Position numbers and translations under genes: made by a program. From assembly GCA_038741495.1 (NCBI GenBank), contig JAVYKX010000001.1:54918-118917 (forward strand): a stretch of DNA of 64,000 nt, in the 5' to 3' direction. Source of the DNA: Thermofilum sp. Its GTDB lineage: Archaea > Thermoproteota > Thermoprotei > Thermofilales > Thermofilaceae. The notes under the pieces were generated by a model. It had not been told where the DNA came from and searched no databases. It saw nothing but the letters and a program-made list of their open reading frames with translations. Below are positions 9,739-19,913 of this stretch, one piece after another. Position 1 is the first letter of the stretch. Each line of letters opens with the position of its first letter.

Positions 9739-11654
9739 AAGAGCTTCCCGGCATCAAGTGCGGAATTGAAATCCACCAGATGCTTGATACTCGCGAGAAG
9801 CTCTTCTGCTCCTGCCCCACGGAGATCGTTAAGGATCCTGGAGACTTAACGGTCTGGAGAAGGCTTAGGGTGGCTAAGAGCGAGATCGGCGAGATAGACC
9901 CCGCGGCACTTTTCGAGTACGAGAAGGGCCTGAGCTTCATTTACGAGGGCTACAACTCCAGAACCTGTCTCGTGGAGCTCGACGAGGAGCCTCCTCACGA
10001 GCTGAACAGAGAGGCTCTAGAGCTGGCCTTAAAGTTCGCTCTCATGGTGGGAGCGCGCATCGTCGACGAGCTGCACGTTATGCGAAAGATCGTCATCGAT
10101 GGCTCCAACACGACAGGCTTTCAGCGGACAGTCCTCGTAGCTTTGGGCGGTGAAGTTAGAGTCGGCGATAAGACTGTACCTTTGCAGACAATATGCCTGG
10201 AGGAGGATGCTGCTAGAAAAGTCTCGGAGGATAAGGAGAAGAGAACTGTAACTTACAGACTGGACAGGCTGGGAGTGCCTCTTATAGAGGTGGCGACAGC
10301 GCCTGTGATCACAAGCCCTGAGGAGGCTCGCGAGGTGGCTCTTCGTATAGGCCTCTTGCTTCGGTCTCTCGGGCGCGTGAAGAGGGGGTTGGGCACGATA
10401 AGGCAGGACCTCAACGTGTCGGTTGAAGGGGGTGCAAAGGTCGAGATTAAAGGCGTGCAGTACCTGGATCTCATCCCAAAGGTTGTGCTCTACGAGGCGC
10501 TGCGCCAGAAGAATCTGCTTGAGATAAGAAATGAGCTCAGGCAGCGGGGCGTTGACGAGAGCATGCTTGCTTTTAACCCCGTGGAGGTTACCGAGATCTT
10601 CCAGCAAACTAGATCAAAGGTAGCTAGACAAGCTCTCGCAGCAGGGGGCGTAGCGCTGGCGCTAAAGCTACCCGGGTTCGCTGGCCTTCTGGGAAGGGAA
10701 ATACAGCCGGGCAGGAGGTTCGGCACAGAGCTCGCGGACAGGGCTAGGTATAGGGCTGAGGTCGGGGGCTTGTTTCACAGCGACGAGCTCCCTGGCTACG
10801 GAATCACGGGTGAAGAAGTGGACAGCGTCAAGAAGAAGCTCGAGTGCGGTGAAAGAGACGCGTTTGTGCTGGTATTCGAGAAGAGAGAAAGAGCCCTCGA
10901 GGCTTTAAGAGCAGCCTGGGAGCGCGCCGTCGAGGCTCTGCGCGGCGTTCCCGAGGAGACGCGTGCCGCGAACCCCGACGGTACGACCCGCTACATGCGG
11001 CCGAGACCAGGTAGTGCGAGGATGTACCCCGAGACCGACGTACGGCCCGTACGCGTGGACAGGGAGTGGCTCGAGAAGCTGCGCCTAGAGCTTCCTGAAC
11101 CGCCTGAGAAGACCCTAGAGAAGCTACGCGAGAAGTATTCCTTGCCGGAGAGCATTGCGTGGATGCTTTTCGACACTCAGCAGCTCTACCTCTTTGAAGA
11201 GTTAGTCACCAAAACCGGCGCCCCACCCACTCTGGTGGCTAGTACACTGACCAACACCATGGTGAGCTTACGTAGAGAGGGTGTCCCCGTGGAGAACGTG
11301 ACAGAGGAGCACCTTGCTGCCCTCTTTAAGCTCGTGGTGGAAGGGCGAATAGCGAAGGAAGCGATACCCGATGTGCTTAAGGAGCTTGCTCTAAACCCGG
11401 AAGAGGGCGTGGATGAGGCTGTCACTAAGGTAGGTGTGACAGCCCTAAGCGTTGAGAAGCTGCGCGAGATAGTTGCAGGCGTGATTGCAGAGAACGCAGG
11501 GTACGTGCGCGAGAAGGGTGAGAAAGCTTTCGGGAAGATCATGGGCGTAGTTATGGAGAAGGTTCGAGGGAAAGTGGACGGGAAAATCGTCGCAGAGGTT
11601 GTCCGCGAAGAGATTCAGAGATTCCTCAAGGCTTCCGTCGCTGAAGCTGCTTAG
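9729..11654 (+). CDS. gatE: Glu-tRNA(Gln) amidotransferase subunit E
   Basis: GIEIHQ, IDGSNTTGFQRT, LEEDAARK, RPGSARMYPETD. Confidence 0.97.
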   Translation: MQVKELPGIKCGIEIHQMLDTREKLFCSCPTEIVKDPGDLTVWRRLRVAKSEIGEIDPAALFEYEKGLSFIYEGYNSRTCLVELDEEPPHELNREALELALKFALMVGARIVDELHVMRKIVIDGSNTTGFQRTVLVALGGEVRVGDKTVPLQTICLEEDAARKVSEDKEKRTVTYRLDRLGVPLIEVATAPVITSPEEAREVALRIGLLLRSLGRVKRGLGTIRQDLNVSVEGGAKVEIKGVQYLDLIPKVVLYEALRQKNLLEIRNELRQRGVDESMLAFNPVEVTEIFQQTRSKVARQALAAGGVALALKLPGFAGLLGREIQPGRRFGTELADRARYRAEVGGLFHSDELPGYGITGEEVDSVKKKLECGERDAFVLVFEKRERALEALRAAWERAVEALRGVPEETRAANPDGTTRYMRPRPGSARMYPETDVRPVRVDREWLEKLRLELPEPPEKTLEKLREKYSLPESIAWMLFDTQQLYLFEELVTKTGAPPTLVASTLTNTMVSLRREGVPVENVTEEHLAALFKLVVEGRIAKEAIPDVLKELALNPEEGVDEAVTKVGVTALSVEKLREIVAGVIAENAGYVREKGEKAFGKIMGVVMEKVRGKVDGKIVAEVVREEIQRFLKASVAEAA

Positions 11655-11943
11655 CCTTCCTCACCTCGACAAGCTTTTCTGCGATGATCGTAACTACCTG
11701 GGATTTCCTCCTCCCCTCGGCCCGGACTAGGATGCGCCCAGGCTCCTCGAACCAGCAAGCAGGGTACTTGGCGTTACCCTCGACAGCAAGAACCTGGAAG
11801 CCAGCCTTTCTAGCAGCCTCCTCGAGCTCAGAGAGAGTCGGCTTCTCAACTGCTAGGGCCTTCGGCACGCGGCGCCCCTTACTCCTCGGGTGCCTGGCGT
11901 CGAAATAGGCAAGCCAGATGATAAAACCCTCCCTCTTCTTCAA
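11626..11943 (-). CDS. srp19: signal recognition particle protein SRP19
   Basis: IIWLAYFD..SKGRRVPK..AVEKP, KYP..W...GRILV. Confidence 0.9.
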   Translation of the reverse strand: MKKREGFIIWLAYFDARHPRSKGRRVPKALAVEKPTLSELEEAARKAGFQVLAVEGNAKYPACWFEEPGRILVRAEGRRKSQVVTIIAEKLVEVRKAKQLQRRKP

Positions 11944-11962
11944 CCGTGAGCACCGGCGCGGA

Positions 11963-12349
11963 TCACTCTACGAGAACAGCGTTCACCACGCCGTCCTGTC
12001 CGGGCCTCGAAGTTACCTTCGCTTTACCTACAGAAGTCTGTATCAAAGCCCCCTTGGTTAAAATGCCTCTCCTAGCCAGGTTCCGGTCGGCTGGATTATC
12101 GATGAGCTTGATGATCTTAGCCTTCACAGTCTTTCCCTCCTTGGGCACGTAGACGTTCGCTTCCGCCGCAACTTTAACCCTGATCTTCACCCCTCCGCCT
12201 TTCGTGCGGGTGATTCTTACGGAAGTTTTCTCACCGATGGTAGTCAGGGTCGGGTACCGGCCAATCCAGTACTTCCTTTTCACCTTGACGTGTCTCCCCT
12301 TCACGCCTCCCGTGATTTTCTTCAGATCGTTTCCGTGGTAAACCCCCAT
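11963..12349 (-). CDS. rps8e: 30S ribosomal protein S8e
   Basis: RTKGG, NPADRNLARRGILTKGA, VTSRPGQDGVVNAVL. Confidence 0.97.
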   Translation of the reverse strand: MGVYHGNDLKKITGGVKGRHVKVKRKYWIGRYPTLTTIGEKTSVRITRTKGGGVKIRVKVAAEANVYVPKEGKTVKAKIIKLIDNPADRNLARRGILTKGALIQTSVGKAKVTSRPGQDGVVNAVLVE

Positions 12350-12450
12350 GGTCGCCTCCAAACCCGCTCGACAACCGGTTTTTTAACTGTTTCTCCGGGC
12401 CCCGCAGCGAAAGAGGCTTAAGCTTTAGCTCGCACTCTCAATGAGCCGAT

Positions 12451-13197
12451 TTGGCAAGGATCGTAGAGGAGATCGGTAGAGTTAGGCTGGTGCTCACAGA
12501 GCGTGTAGAAGCGAGGATTCTAATCTCGGGCTTCCACGGCGTGGGTCATGTCGGCTGGATAGCTACCCGCTATATTGCCGACAAGCTCGGTACCAGGAGG
12601 GTGGGCATCGTGCTAACGCCTGACATGCCTGCATTCGTCTCTGTAGTAAAGAACAGCGTCGCAGCCCCCTACGAGCTCCACCTTAAGGACGACTACCTCT
12701 TGTTCGTCACCAATACGCCTCTCGCGCAGCGCGACCTGAGTAGGGTGCCGCTAGCCCTCGCAGAGTACGCGCTAAAGGCTGGAGTTGAAGAGACGATACT
12801 CTTCGGGGGTCTCGACAAGCGGTTTGCAGCTGAAAACGACGACTCGGTACGAATAGCGCCGACGAGGAAGTACGTTGAGAAGCATTCGAACGATTTAGGC
12901 TGGCTGAAAGTGATCGAAGAAGGTCTTGGGATCGTAGGCCCGCTCGCGCTAATGCTCACATTCTACGAAGCGTACGACAGTTCCGCTGTAGCGATACTGC
13001 CCTATGCCTCCCCCGATAGGCCTGACCCCCTCGCTGCCAGCAGGGCTATAGAGGTCGCGAACAAGCTCCTCTCACTGAGCGTAGACACTGAGGAGCTTCG
13101 AGAAGAAGCGGTGCTTCTGGAAAGGAGGATTGAAGAGATTCAGCGGAGAATAAGCGAGATTATGCGTGAGCGGGAGCCCCCCTCCTATCACGTGTGA
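12451..13197 (+). CDS. PAC2-family proteasome assembly chaperone
   Basis: ISGFHGVGHVG, GIVGPLA, PDPLAA, LSVDTEEL..EA pattern. Confidence 0.85.
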   Translation: MARIVEEIGRVRLVLTERVEARILISGFHGVGHVGWIATRYIADKLGTRRVGIVLTPDMPAFVSVVKNSVAAPYELHLKDDYLLFVTNTPLAQRDLSRVPLALAEYALKAGVEETILFGGLDKRFAAENDDSVRIAPTRKYVEKHSNDLGWLKVIEEGLGIVGPLALMLTFYEAYDSSAVAILPYASPDRPDPLAASRAIEVANKLLSLSVDTEELREEAVLLERRIEEIQRRISEIMREREPPSYHV

Positions 13198-14818
13198 AAG
13201 CGCTGAGACTCTCGACGATTGCACGCACTCTAGCCGCGACTTCTCTGTGTTCTCTCAAAGCTTCCTGGTAGTTTTCGAGCAGGATCGGCACGAACACTAT
13301 TTCTTCGCTCTTGAAGAGCTCTCCCATCCTTCTAACCACCCTCTCCGGAAGGGAGTAGTGCACTAGCACTACCCCCCTGTACCCCTTGTTGAGAACGTAC
13401 CAGACGACGTCAGAGACTATCTCCTCAGCGCTCGAGTCCAAGATGCGTCTTGAAGCCTCGTACTGCGACAAGGGGTACACTCCGTCAAGCTCGAGAGGTA
13501 TCACGGAGAATGCCAGAGACAGGACAGCAGGGTCGCAGAGATCCGTCAGCCCTGGTTCATCCGCAAGAATCTCCTTAATGAGCCCGAACCGAGTAAAGGG
13601 TTTCTGCGGAGTCTCCTCGAACAGGAGCAGGAGATCCTGCTTTCTCGCAAACCTACTGAACAGCCTTTCCTGGTGCCTTACGACCTCTGGCCTGTACCTG
13701 CTGAGTGAACTCAGGAAGAAAATTCCTCGGACTGGCTGCCTGGTCGCCGGATGCTTTCTCTCGATGAATCGCACGTACTTTACGAACTCTCTGAGGGCAT
13801 CCATCAGCGCGGGATGAGCTGACGCTCTTCTCTCTACGAGCTCCCACAGCCTACCCTCTCTTATAGCTTCCCGTATCCTTCTCAGCTCGCCGGAGAGCAC
13901 GTGCAAGTTGTGCTCGGCTATCAGCGCTACCCTCTCCTGTCTGGGAGTCTTTCTCAGCTCGAGCGCAGAGTACTTAGAGCATACAGGGCAGCTGCACGGC
14001 AGCTCGCTGAGCTCCGATAGCCTTAGCGTCCCTGAGGGCGTCATGAGGCGATCATCTCTAGCGTAGAGAGCATAAGATGCCGAATCGAAGGTATCGACAC
14101 CCATAGCGACAGCGAGTGCGAGCATCATCGGGTGACCAGCTCCGAACAGGTGGAGGGGCGCGCCCCAGGGGAGGTTAAGTCGAGCGGTCATAACCAGCCT
14201 GACAAGCTCCTTGTAATCGTACCCCTCCATCAGCTGCGTAGGTCCTCCAACCGCGTAGAGGCTGGCGGGGAGCTTGGCCAGCTCGCTCGCAGCGTAGGCG
14301 ACGAGAGGAGTGTGAGTGCCTCCTTGAACCGGAGCTACGAGAAGCATGCCCCTCAAGTCCAGCTCCAGAGCTTCGCGTACACGTTTGATGGTCTCGTCTA
14401 CCTCTCGGGCTGCCTGCTCGTAGGGCGTGTCCTTCCTCGTGGGTATGTCCAGCACAACCCCGATGTCCGACCCTATGTCCAGCTGGTACTCGACAATCTC
14501 ACGGGGGCTCACCTCCACTTTCCCGTAAACCATCAGCTGGTAAGCGCCCGAATCCGTGAACACGGGATTCTGGACTCCCAGAATCCCGTGTACTCCAACC
14601 TCCTTAGCTAGCTCCCCGTAGTTGCGCAGTATAATGTAGGAGTTCGTCATCAGCATCGGAAAGCCGAGACTGCTGATCCTGCTAGGCTCGAGAACGGGTT
14701 TCGCAGGGTTGATGACAGGTGTCAACGTAGGCGTCTCGACAACACCTCTACGCGTGTAGAGACGCCCTATTCGGCCGAAGAGATCGATCTCCTCGACTTC
14801 GAAGACGTCAGCCCACAT
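13160..14818 (-). CDS. tgtA: archaeosine tRNA-guanine(15) transglycosylase
   Basis: TDSGAYQ, LDIPT, PVQGG, HLFGAGHP, DTFDSASY, zinc site CSCPVC..HN; no C-terminal PUA domain seen. Confidence 0.95.
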   Translation of the reverse strand: MWADVFEVEEIDLFGRIGRLYTRRGVVETPTLTPVINPAKPVLEPSRISSLGFPMLMTNSYIILRNYGELAKEVGVHGILGVQNPVFTDSGAYQLMVYGKVEVSPREIVEYQLDIGSDIGVVLDIPTRKDTPYEQAAREVDETIKRVREALELDLRGMLLVAPVQGGTHTPLVAYAASELAKLPASLYAVGGPTQLMEGYDYKELVRLVMTARLNLPWGAPLHLFGAGHPMMLALAVAMGVDTFDSASYALYARDDRLMTPSGTLRLSELSELPCSCPVCSKYSALELRKTPRQERVALIAEHNLHVLSGELRRIREAIREGRLWELVERRASAHPALMDALREFVKYVRFIERKHPATRQPVRGIFFLSSLSRYRPEVVRHQERLFSRFARKQDLLLLFEETPQKPFTRFGLIKEILADEPGLTDLCDPAVLSLAFSVIPLELDGVYPLSQYEASRRILDSSAEEIVSDVVWYVLNKGYRGVVLVHYSLPERVVRRMGELFKSEEIVFVPILLENYQEALREHREVAARVRAIVESLSAFTRDRRGAPAHA

Positions 14819-14883
14819 CCTGCTCTGAGCCGTCAGGAAGGCAAGCCTATAAATAGTCCTCATTATGCAGCTTCACAGTATCT

Positions 14884-15234
14884 ATGATCGCGCGAGTAGG
14901 GAAAATTTCCAGGCTAGATTACGCTAGAGTTGCGCGCATCGCGCTGGAAGCCGAGTGGGGGGAGGTGGAGGTCGAGATCCCTGAGAGAGTTCTCCGGGAG
15001 GCTGGGCTCGCGTTGAGCGAGGGAGATTCCGTCAACGTCGAAGTGGCTAAGGAAGCTGGCAGCCTCGACGAGTGGGATGTGGTGATGGGCGGCGAAGTCT
15101 ACCTTAAGGCCAGCAACCCGTTCAGAGTTTACGCCTCTTTGGGTGGTTTACAGCTAGTGCTGAAGAGCGAGAGGGACTACGAGCGTTTCCAGGTGGGCGA
15201 GAAAGTATACGTGAAGCTGAGAAAGACTCGCTGA
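14884..15234 (+). CDS. rpo8: RNA polymerase subunit Rpo8 (RpoG, Rpb8 homolog)
   Basis: OB-fold size with VVMGGEVY and YASLGGLQLVL, matching the Rpb8 'SFGGLL' signature. Confidence 0.7.
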   Translation: MIARVGKISRLDYARVARIALEAEWGEVEVEIPERVLREAGLALSEGDSVNVEVAKEAGSLDEWDVVMGGEVYLKASNPFRVYASLGGLQLVLKSERDYERFQVGEKVYVKLRKTR

Positions 15235-15246
15235 GGGTGAGAGTGT

Positions 15247-15531
15247 TTGGTCACGACGAAAGAGCTGGAGAAGCTGCTAGAGTGGACACGCAGCAAGGGG
15301 GCCCGCGTAGAGATCTCGTTCAAGGAGACTGCTTACAAGTTACGGGTGAACACCATGTACAGGGCTGTAGACCCCTCGGGCGACGTAGTGCCGTGGACCC
15401 GCGCTTTCGGGACAAAGGCCCCGGTGGATGTACTCAACTCTTTATCGGTGAAGCGAATACTGGTGAACGTTAGGGGTAAGGAGGAGGAATACCGCAGTTT
15501 AAACGATCTGTTACGCGCGATTGGCCCGTAG
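15247..15531 (+). CDS. hypothetical protein
   Basis: 94-aa ORF 12 nt after rpo8, GGTGA RBS-like sequence; no motif. Confidence 0.65.
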   Translation: MVTTKELEKLLEWTRSKGARVEISFKETAYKLRVNTMYRAVDPSGDVVPWTRAFGTKAPVDVLNSLSVKRILVNVRGKEEEYRSLNDLLRAIGP

Positions 15532-15682
15532 GGTGCGGTGTTTTCTCCCTGCCGTCTAATGAAAGGTGCCCCGAGAAGCTTCAGTTCTTCTGTATTAAAC
15601 GTGGATAACTTCTTGGCACATTACTAGATAAAAACCCTTATGAACTCCTTTTTCAAGGAGTAATCAGCCCGGTGAGCACAAA

Positions 15683-16018
15683 GTGCCACGAATAGTGTCT
15701 GAACGAAACCTCACACTTGCCGAAGTTAAGGAACTGTTGGAGAAGGAGGAATCTAAGAGGTCTCTCTCTACTCTGGAGAGGTACACGCTGGACTACGCGA
15801 GAAGGTTCTCTAAGATTGAGGACCCGGTTTCGGCCCGGAAAGCTGTTGAGCAGCTGATGGCGGAGATGGGGCTTCCGGAGGAGATAGCGGTTCAGCTTGT
15901 AAATATTGCTCCATCGGATCCGGGGGAGGTTAGGCTAATTCTTTCTCCTTTAAATAGAATTTTCACCGAAGATGAGTTAAGGAGAGTTTTAGAGATCATT
16001 CGCCAATACCTGAGCTAA
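15683..16018 (+). CDS. rpo4: RNA polymerase subunit Rpo4 (RpoF)
   Basis: LTLAEVKELL, LDYARRFSK, IAVQLVNIAP...EVRLIL (HRDC-like). Confidence 0.93.
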   Translation: MPRIVSERNLTLAEVKELLEKEESKRSLSTLERYTLDYARRFSKIEDPVSARKAVEQLMAEMGLPEEIAVQLVNIAPSDPGEVRLILSPLNRIFTEDELRRVLEIIRQYLS

Positions 16019-16039
16019 AACCCCTAATGAGGTGGGACT

Positions 16040-16657
16040 TTGTCTACGCGGGATTTTAGGAGAAAGCCTCCCGAGACTACAGCTTATGTGCTTGACGTTT
16101 TGCCTTACGGGGATCCAATAAGGCGGATAAATCATCCGCTAGTCCAGTGCATTGGTGAAGAGAAATTAATCCTGATGGAGCTCCGTCCTCTAGTGAGTAC
16201 ACCTCCTATGCTGAAACCCGGGGAGAAGATAAATCTCATGGACAGCTTAGAGAGCCAGATACTCTCGTTCGAGAGAGTGATCAAGTATAGCGATCTTAGC
16301 TCGACGGCTAGAAACAATCTGCGGGACGTACTGGTTATGCTGGTTAGAGAGCACGACAAGAGGTTTGTGGATTTTTTCAACAGGGCTCAGCCTCTCTCAA
16401 AGCGAACCCACGAGCTGGAGCTGCTGAAAGGTATAGGTAAGAAAACCCTGTGGAAGATTCTGGAGGAGAGAAGGAAGAAGCCTTTCGAGAGCTTTGAAGA
16501 CATCGAGAAAAGGATCGGCATAGACCCGGTGAAGCTGATCGTGGAAAGAGTAATAGAGGAGCTGAAGGAGCCTCAAACCCGCTACCTCTTTGTAAGACCT
16601 TTGCGCTGGTACACGCCAGAGGAGGAGAGGTGGAGAGAAGGGCGCTGGCAGCGGTGA
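16040..16657 (+). CDS. DUF655 family putative RNA-binding protein
   Basis: AYVLDVLP, HELELLKGIGKK HhH, PFESFEDI, RYLFV; conserved neighbour of rpo4. Confidence 0.9.
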   Translation: MSTRDFRRKPPETTAYVLDVLPYGDPIRRINHPLVQCIGEEKLILMELRPLVSTPPMLKPGEKINLMDSLESQILSFERVIKYSDLSSTARNNLRDVLVMLVREHDKRFVDFFNRAQPLSKRTHELELLKGIGKKTLWKILEERRKKPFESFEDIEKRIGIDPVKLIVERVIEELKEPQTRYLFVRPLRWYTPEEERWREGRWQR

Positions 16658-16715
16658 AGGGGTTTTTCAGCAGCATAAATAAAGGGACCGTGAGCCGGGG
16701 TTTCGGTGTTTTCTC

Positions 16716-18023
16716 ATGGAGATAAGTGAGGATTTGAGAAAAGCGGAGATGATCCTTAGGGACGGAGTGAGCTTGTGTGACAGCTGCCTGGGAAGATTGT
16801 TCGGCATGAGGGGGTACGGCCTCACGAACGAGCAGCGGGGACGGGCGATCAAGACACTACTGCTTATGAAGGCTTTCTCGCAGACCTCTAAGGCTACGGA
16901 CAAGGAGCTCGTAACTATTCTAGCGGAAAGCGGCTTTGAGCCGGCGCAGACGCTCGCAAGAAGGCTGAAGCTGCCCTTTGAGGAGAGGCGGTGCTACCTC
17001 TGCAACAATATATGCGAGAAAACCGGAGAAATTGCCAAAATCCTGGCCGAATCGCTTAGAGGTTACGAGTTCGAAACTTTCCAGATAGGTGTACGCTTAC
17101 CTCTACCCGTTATAAGCAGGGAGGAGAGGCTTTGGAGGCTTTACGGTCTAACCGACGCGGAGTCTCTGAAGAACGAGATCAGCAGAGAGGTGGGGAAGGC
17201 GCTGCAGGCGCTGATGGGCCGCAGCTACGCTGTCGAGAAGCCTGAGATGCTAGTAATTCTCGACTTCCGCGAGCTATCCCTGGAGCATCTACAGGTAGAG
17301 CTTCACCCATCACCTCTCTACATCTGCGGGAGGTACTTGAAGCTCGCCAGAGGCCTCCCCCAGAACCCTTGGCCCTACCCCGATGGTCGGATAGCCTACA
17401 ACACTTCGATCGAGGAGTTGATAGTAGCACCTATGGTGAAGTTCTTCGAAGCTAGTGGGGCGAAGTTTCACGCAGCCGGCAGGGAGGATATAGACGCTCG
17501 CACACTAGGCTCTGGCAGACCCTTTGTTGTAGAGCTGAAAAAACCGAAGATGCGGCTGCTGAACCTGGAGGAGCTGGAGAAGATTATCAACGAGAACGCT
17601 GGCGGGCTTATCGAGGTTCACCAGCTGAGGTACTGCTCCGGCGAGAGCGTTAGGAAGTACAAGAGCCTGGCCGAGCTCGCTAAGAAGACTTACGTTGCGA
17701 GAGTCAGGTTCGCCGGTCCCGTGAGCGTAGAGAAGCTGGTTGAGCTGGAGAGAACCATGTCGGGCGTAGTCGTGGAGCAGAGAACACCGCTGCGTGTCCT
17801 CCACAGGAGGGTGAATAAGCTCAGAAGAAAGCTCGTCTACAGGGTCGAAGCAAAGCAGCTTTCACCAGTCGAAGTAGAGTTCACGATTGAGGCGCAAGGC
17901 GGTCTCTACATCAAGGAGTTTATTCACGGTGATGAAGGGCGCACAAAGCCCAGCGTAGCCGATTTTCTCGGCGTACCTGTGGAGAGTATCGAGCTAGACG
18001 TGGTCAACATTGAAGAGCCCTGA
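16716..18023 (+). CDS. pus10: tRNA pseudouridine(54/55) synthase Pus10
   Basis: LCDSCLGR, GRYLKLARGLPQNPW, FHAAGREDIDAR, AQGGLYIKEFIHGD. Confidence 0.96.
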   Translation: MEISEDLRKAEMILRDGVSLCDSCLGRLFGMRGYGLTNEQRGRAIKTLLLMKAFSQTSKATDKELVTILAESGFEPAQTLARRLKLPFEERRCYLCNNICEKTGEIAKILAESLRGYEFETFQIGVRLPLPVISREERLWRLYGLTDAESLKNEISREVGKALQALMGRSYAVEKPEMLVILDFRELSLEHLQVELHPSPLYICGRYLKLARGLPQNPWPYPDGRIAYNTSIEELIVAPMVKFFEASGAKFHAAGREDIDARTLGSGRPFVVELKKPKMRLLNLEELEKIINENAGGLIEVHQLRYCSGESVRKYKSLAELAKKTYVARVRFAGPVSVEKLVELERTMSGVVVEQRTPLRVLHRRVNKLRRKLVYRVEAKQLSPVEVEFTIEAQGGLYIKEFIHGDEGRTKPSVADFLGVPVESIELDVVNIEEP

Positions 18024-18091
18024 GCGCGCACTCGGAGAATGGCTTCCGCAACGAATAAATACGCTCTTCCTCATTCGCGTGGGGGTTCGCT

Positions 18092-18397
18092 TTGCGGCAC
18101 TCGAAAGGTTACAGAAACCGGGGAAGGAAAGTCCTAAGGCACCACCCGAGGGAGAGAGGTTACCGCGGGTTGAGCAGGCTGATGTACCAGTACTCGATAG
18201 GCGACTACGTGGTCATCGACATCGACCCGACCTTCGTGGAAACAGCCCCCCACAGAAGGTACCAGGGCCTCGTGGGCCGCGTAGTTGAGAAGAGGGGGCG
18301 GGCCTACGTGATCGAGGTTAGGGTAGGTGGTAAGGTCAAGAAAGTCATCACCACGCCGGACCACATCATCCCCCACAAACCGGCCGCTGCTCAGTGA
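18092..18397 (+). CDS. rpl21e: 50S ribosomal protein L21e
   Basis: HSKGYR, GDYVVIDIDP, PHRRYQGLVG, TPDHI. Confidence 0.96.
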   Translation: MRHSKGYRNRGRKVLRHHPRERGYRGLSRLMYQYSIGDYVVIDIDPTFVETAPHRRYQGLVGRVVEKRGRAYVIEVRVGGKVKKVITTPDHIIPHKPAAAQ

Positions 18398-18484
18398 AAG
18401 AGAGCTCGCCAACCACCCTGCTCTTCTGAGGTGCGTCGCAAAACGCTTAAATGAGCCGTCTAGTACTCCAGGAGGGGGTAGGAG

Positions 18485-18637
18485 ATGCCGTCCCACGGGA
18501 GCCTCACAAAAGCGGGAAAAGTCAGGAACGCTACTCCCAAGATCCCTCCGAAGCCCAAAAAGAACCTATTCCCGAGAAGGAGGAACGAGAGGAACTATAG
18601 AAGGCGTATTCTCTACGCGCAGTCTTCGGAGGTCTAA
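18485..18637 (+). CDS. rps30e: 30S ribosomal protein S30e (50 aa, not in ORF track)
   Basis: Manual translation [50 protein letters not shown]; [11 protein letters not shown] is the S30e signature. Confidence 0.96.
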   Translation: MPSHGSLTKAGKVRNATPKIPPKPKKNLFPRRRNERNYRRRILYAQSSEV

Positions 18638-19002
18638 ACCTCGACCTTCACTTCGTCGAATCCCGAGACTACCGAGTTCACCAGCTCCACGAGCCCGTCC
18701 TCCAGCGTGTACCCTTTCCTCAGCAGCTCCGCTAGCTTTCGAATGCCTCTTTCTGCATCGAGAATGCCGCCGAGCCAGGCGTAGCCGAGGAGAGCCTCGA
18801 CAACCTCAGCTTTCTCGACTCCTCTGACTTTCACGCATTTTTCCGCTAGCTGCGACCGCGCGTAGGTTACCGCCAGGATTTTGCCGGAAACTTTCGTGCC
18901 TACGGGCTTCCCTTCGTGGAGGGTCAGCGCTGCGGAGACGAGGAAGTTTACGTAAGCGTCGCCCAGCTTAGCGAGCTTCAAGTTTAAGCTTAAAATTCTC
19001 AT
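18634..19002 (-). CDS. archaeal ribonuclease III-like domain protein
   Basis: [11 protein letters not shown] and [13 protein letters not shown] resemble the RNase III motifs LEFLGDAVL and ADxxEAxxGA; no dsRBD. Confidence 0.7.
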   Translation of the reverse strand: MRILSLNLKLAKLGDAYVNFLVSAALTLHEGKPVGTKVSGKILAVTYARSQLAEKCVKVRGVEKAEVVEALLGYAWLGGILDAERGIRKLAELLRKGYTLEDGLVELVNSVVSGFDEVKVEV

Positions 19003-19295
19003 TACCGCTCCAGATGGGGGAAGCCTGCTTCCAGCTGCTTTTTAAGCGCCTCTATCTTCTCGTGAAGCCTGACCGCTGCCTCCGTTAAAGCGTCGAGCGG
19101 AGTCTTGCTGCCGTCAGTAGCGATGAACAGGTACGCTACGTCAACTAGCGGGTGCTCAATTCTGTAGGCAGCGGTCACTCTAGGATCACTGTTTAGCTCG
19201 TCAACAAGCATGTTGAGTATTGTGTGCCCCTCACCGCGAAGGCGCACTTCAAGCCTGTCCTTAGCGTAGCTGACGACCTCGACTTGCAGGCTCAT
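19002..19295 (-). CDS. rpo11: RNA polymerase subunit Rpo11 (RpoL)
   Basis: GEGHTILNML, AAYRIEHPL. Confidence 0.95.
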   Translation of the reverse strand: MSLQVEVVSYAKDRLEVRLRGEGHTILNMLVDELNSDPRVTAAYRIEHPLVDVAYLFIATDGSKTPLDALTEAAVRLHEKIEALKKQLEAGFPHLER

Positions 19296-19789
19296 ACTAA
19301 ACCCCTTGCGCTCTCACCGACCACGTAGTAGTATATTTTATGCGATCGCCCGCCTTCGTAGAACGTCTCCACTTTGACCGGTTTCCACCCCACGATCTCG
19401 AAATCATGAGAGACAATCCGCGTTGTTGGCTTTAACTCCATGAACAGCTTTGGCCTAAGCTTTTCGTTCACGCTCGTTAAAAGGTAGAGGAAGACGACAT
19501 CTGCTGGGGGGAACTTCACCTCGTAGAAGCTTCCGTGAATGAGGAGGACTTTATCATCCACACCGGCTGTAGTAACATTCTTCATCGCAAGCTCGAAGAG
19601 GTCTTTACGTATCTCTATTCCTACAGCTCTGGCTTTAAACTCCTTTGCCGCTATGACAAGTGTGCGGCCATCGCCGCAGCCGGGCTCGAGGAGCAGCTCT
19701 CCCGGTTGAAGGTTCGCCAGCTTCAGAGCGTAGCGTATGAGCTCCGGCGGGCTGGGCACGAAGGGGACCGCGGGGACGGTTCCGCTCAC
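19292..19789 (-). CDS. class I SAM methyltransferase, aKMT-like protein-lysine methyltransferase
   Basis: VPFVPSP, EPGCGDGR, YLLTSVNEKLRPKL..ELKP.TRIVSHDF match the crenarchaeal aKMT/FAM173 family. Confidence 0.8.
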   Translation of the reverse strand: MSGTVPAVPFVPSPPELIRYALKLANLQPGELLLEPGCGDGRTLVIAAKEFKARAVGIEIRKDLFELAMKNVTTAGVDDKVLLIHGSFYEVKFPPADVVFLYLLTSVNEKLRPKLFMELKPTTRIVSHDFEIVGWKPVKVETFYEGGRSHKIYYYVVGESARGLV

Positions 19790-19913
19790 GTACAAGCACC
19801 TGCAGTGCACCCCTATACGTTTTTCCTCCTAGGTCCGCGGGATGGGAGCCTAAGCGAAGCTCCGCCTCGGGGTGGTGAAGACGCTTAGATATTTGTAAGC
19901 AAACAATATAACT

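Noticed and set aside
18394-18435. C/D sRNA between rpl21e and rps30e
   Set aside because: C box poor and the C-to-D distance (about 35 nt) is too short.
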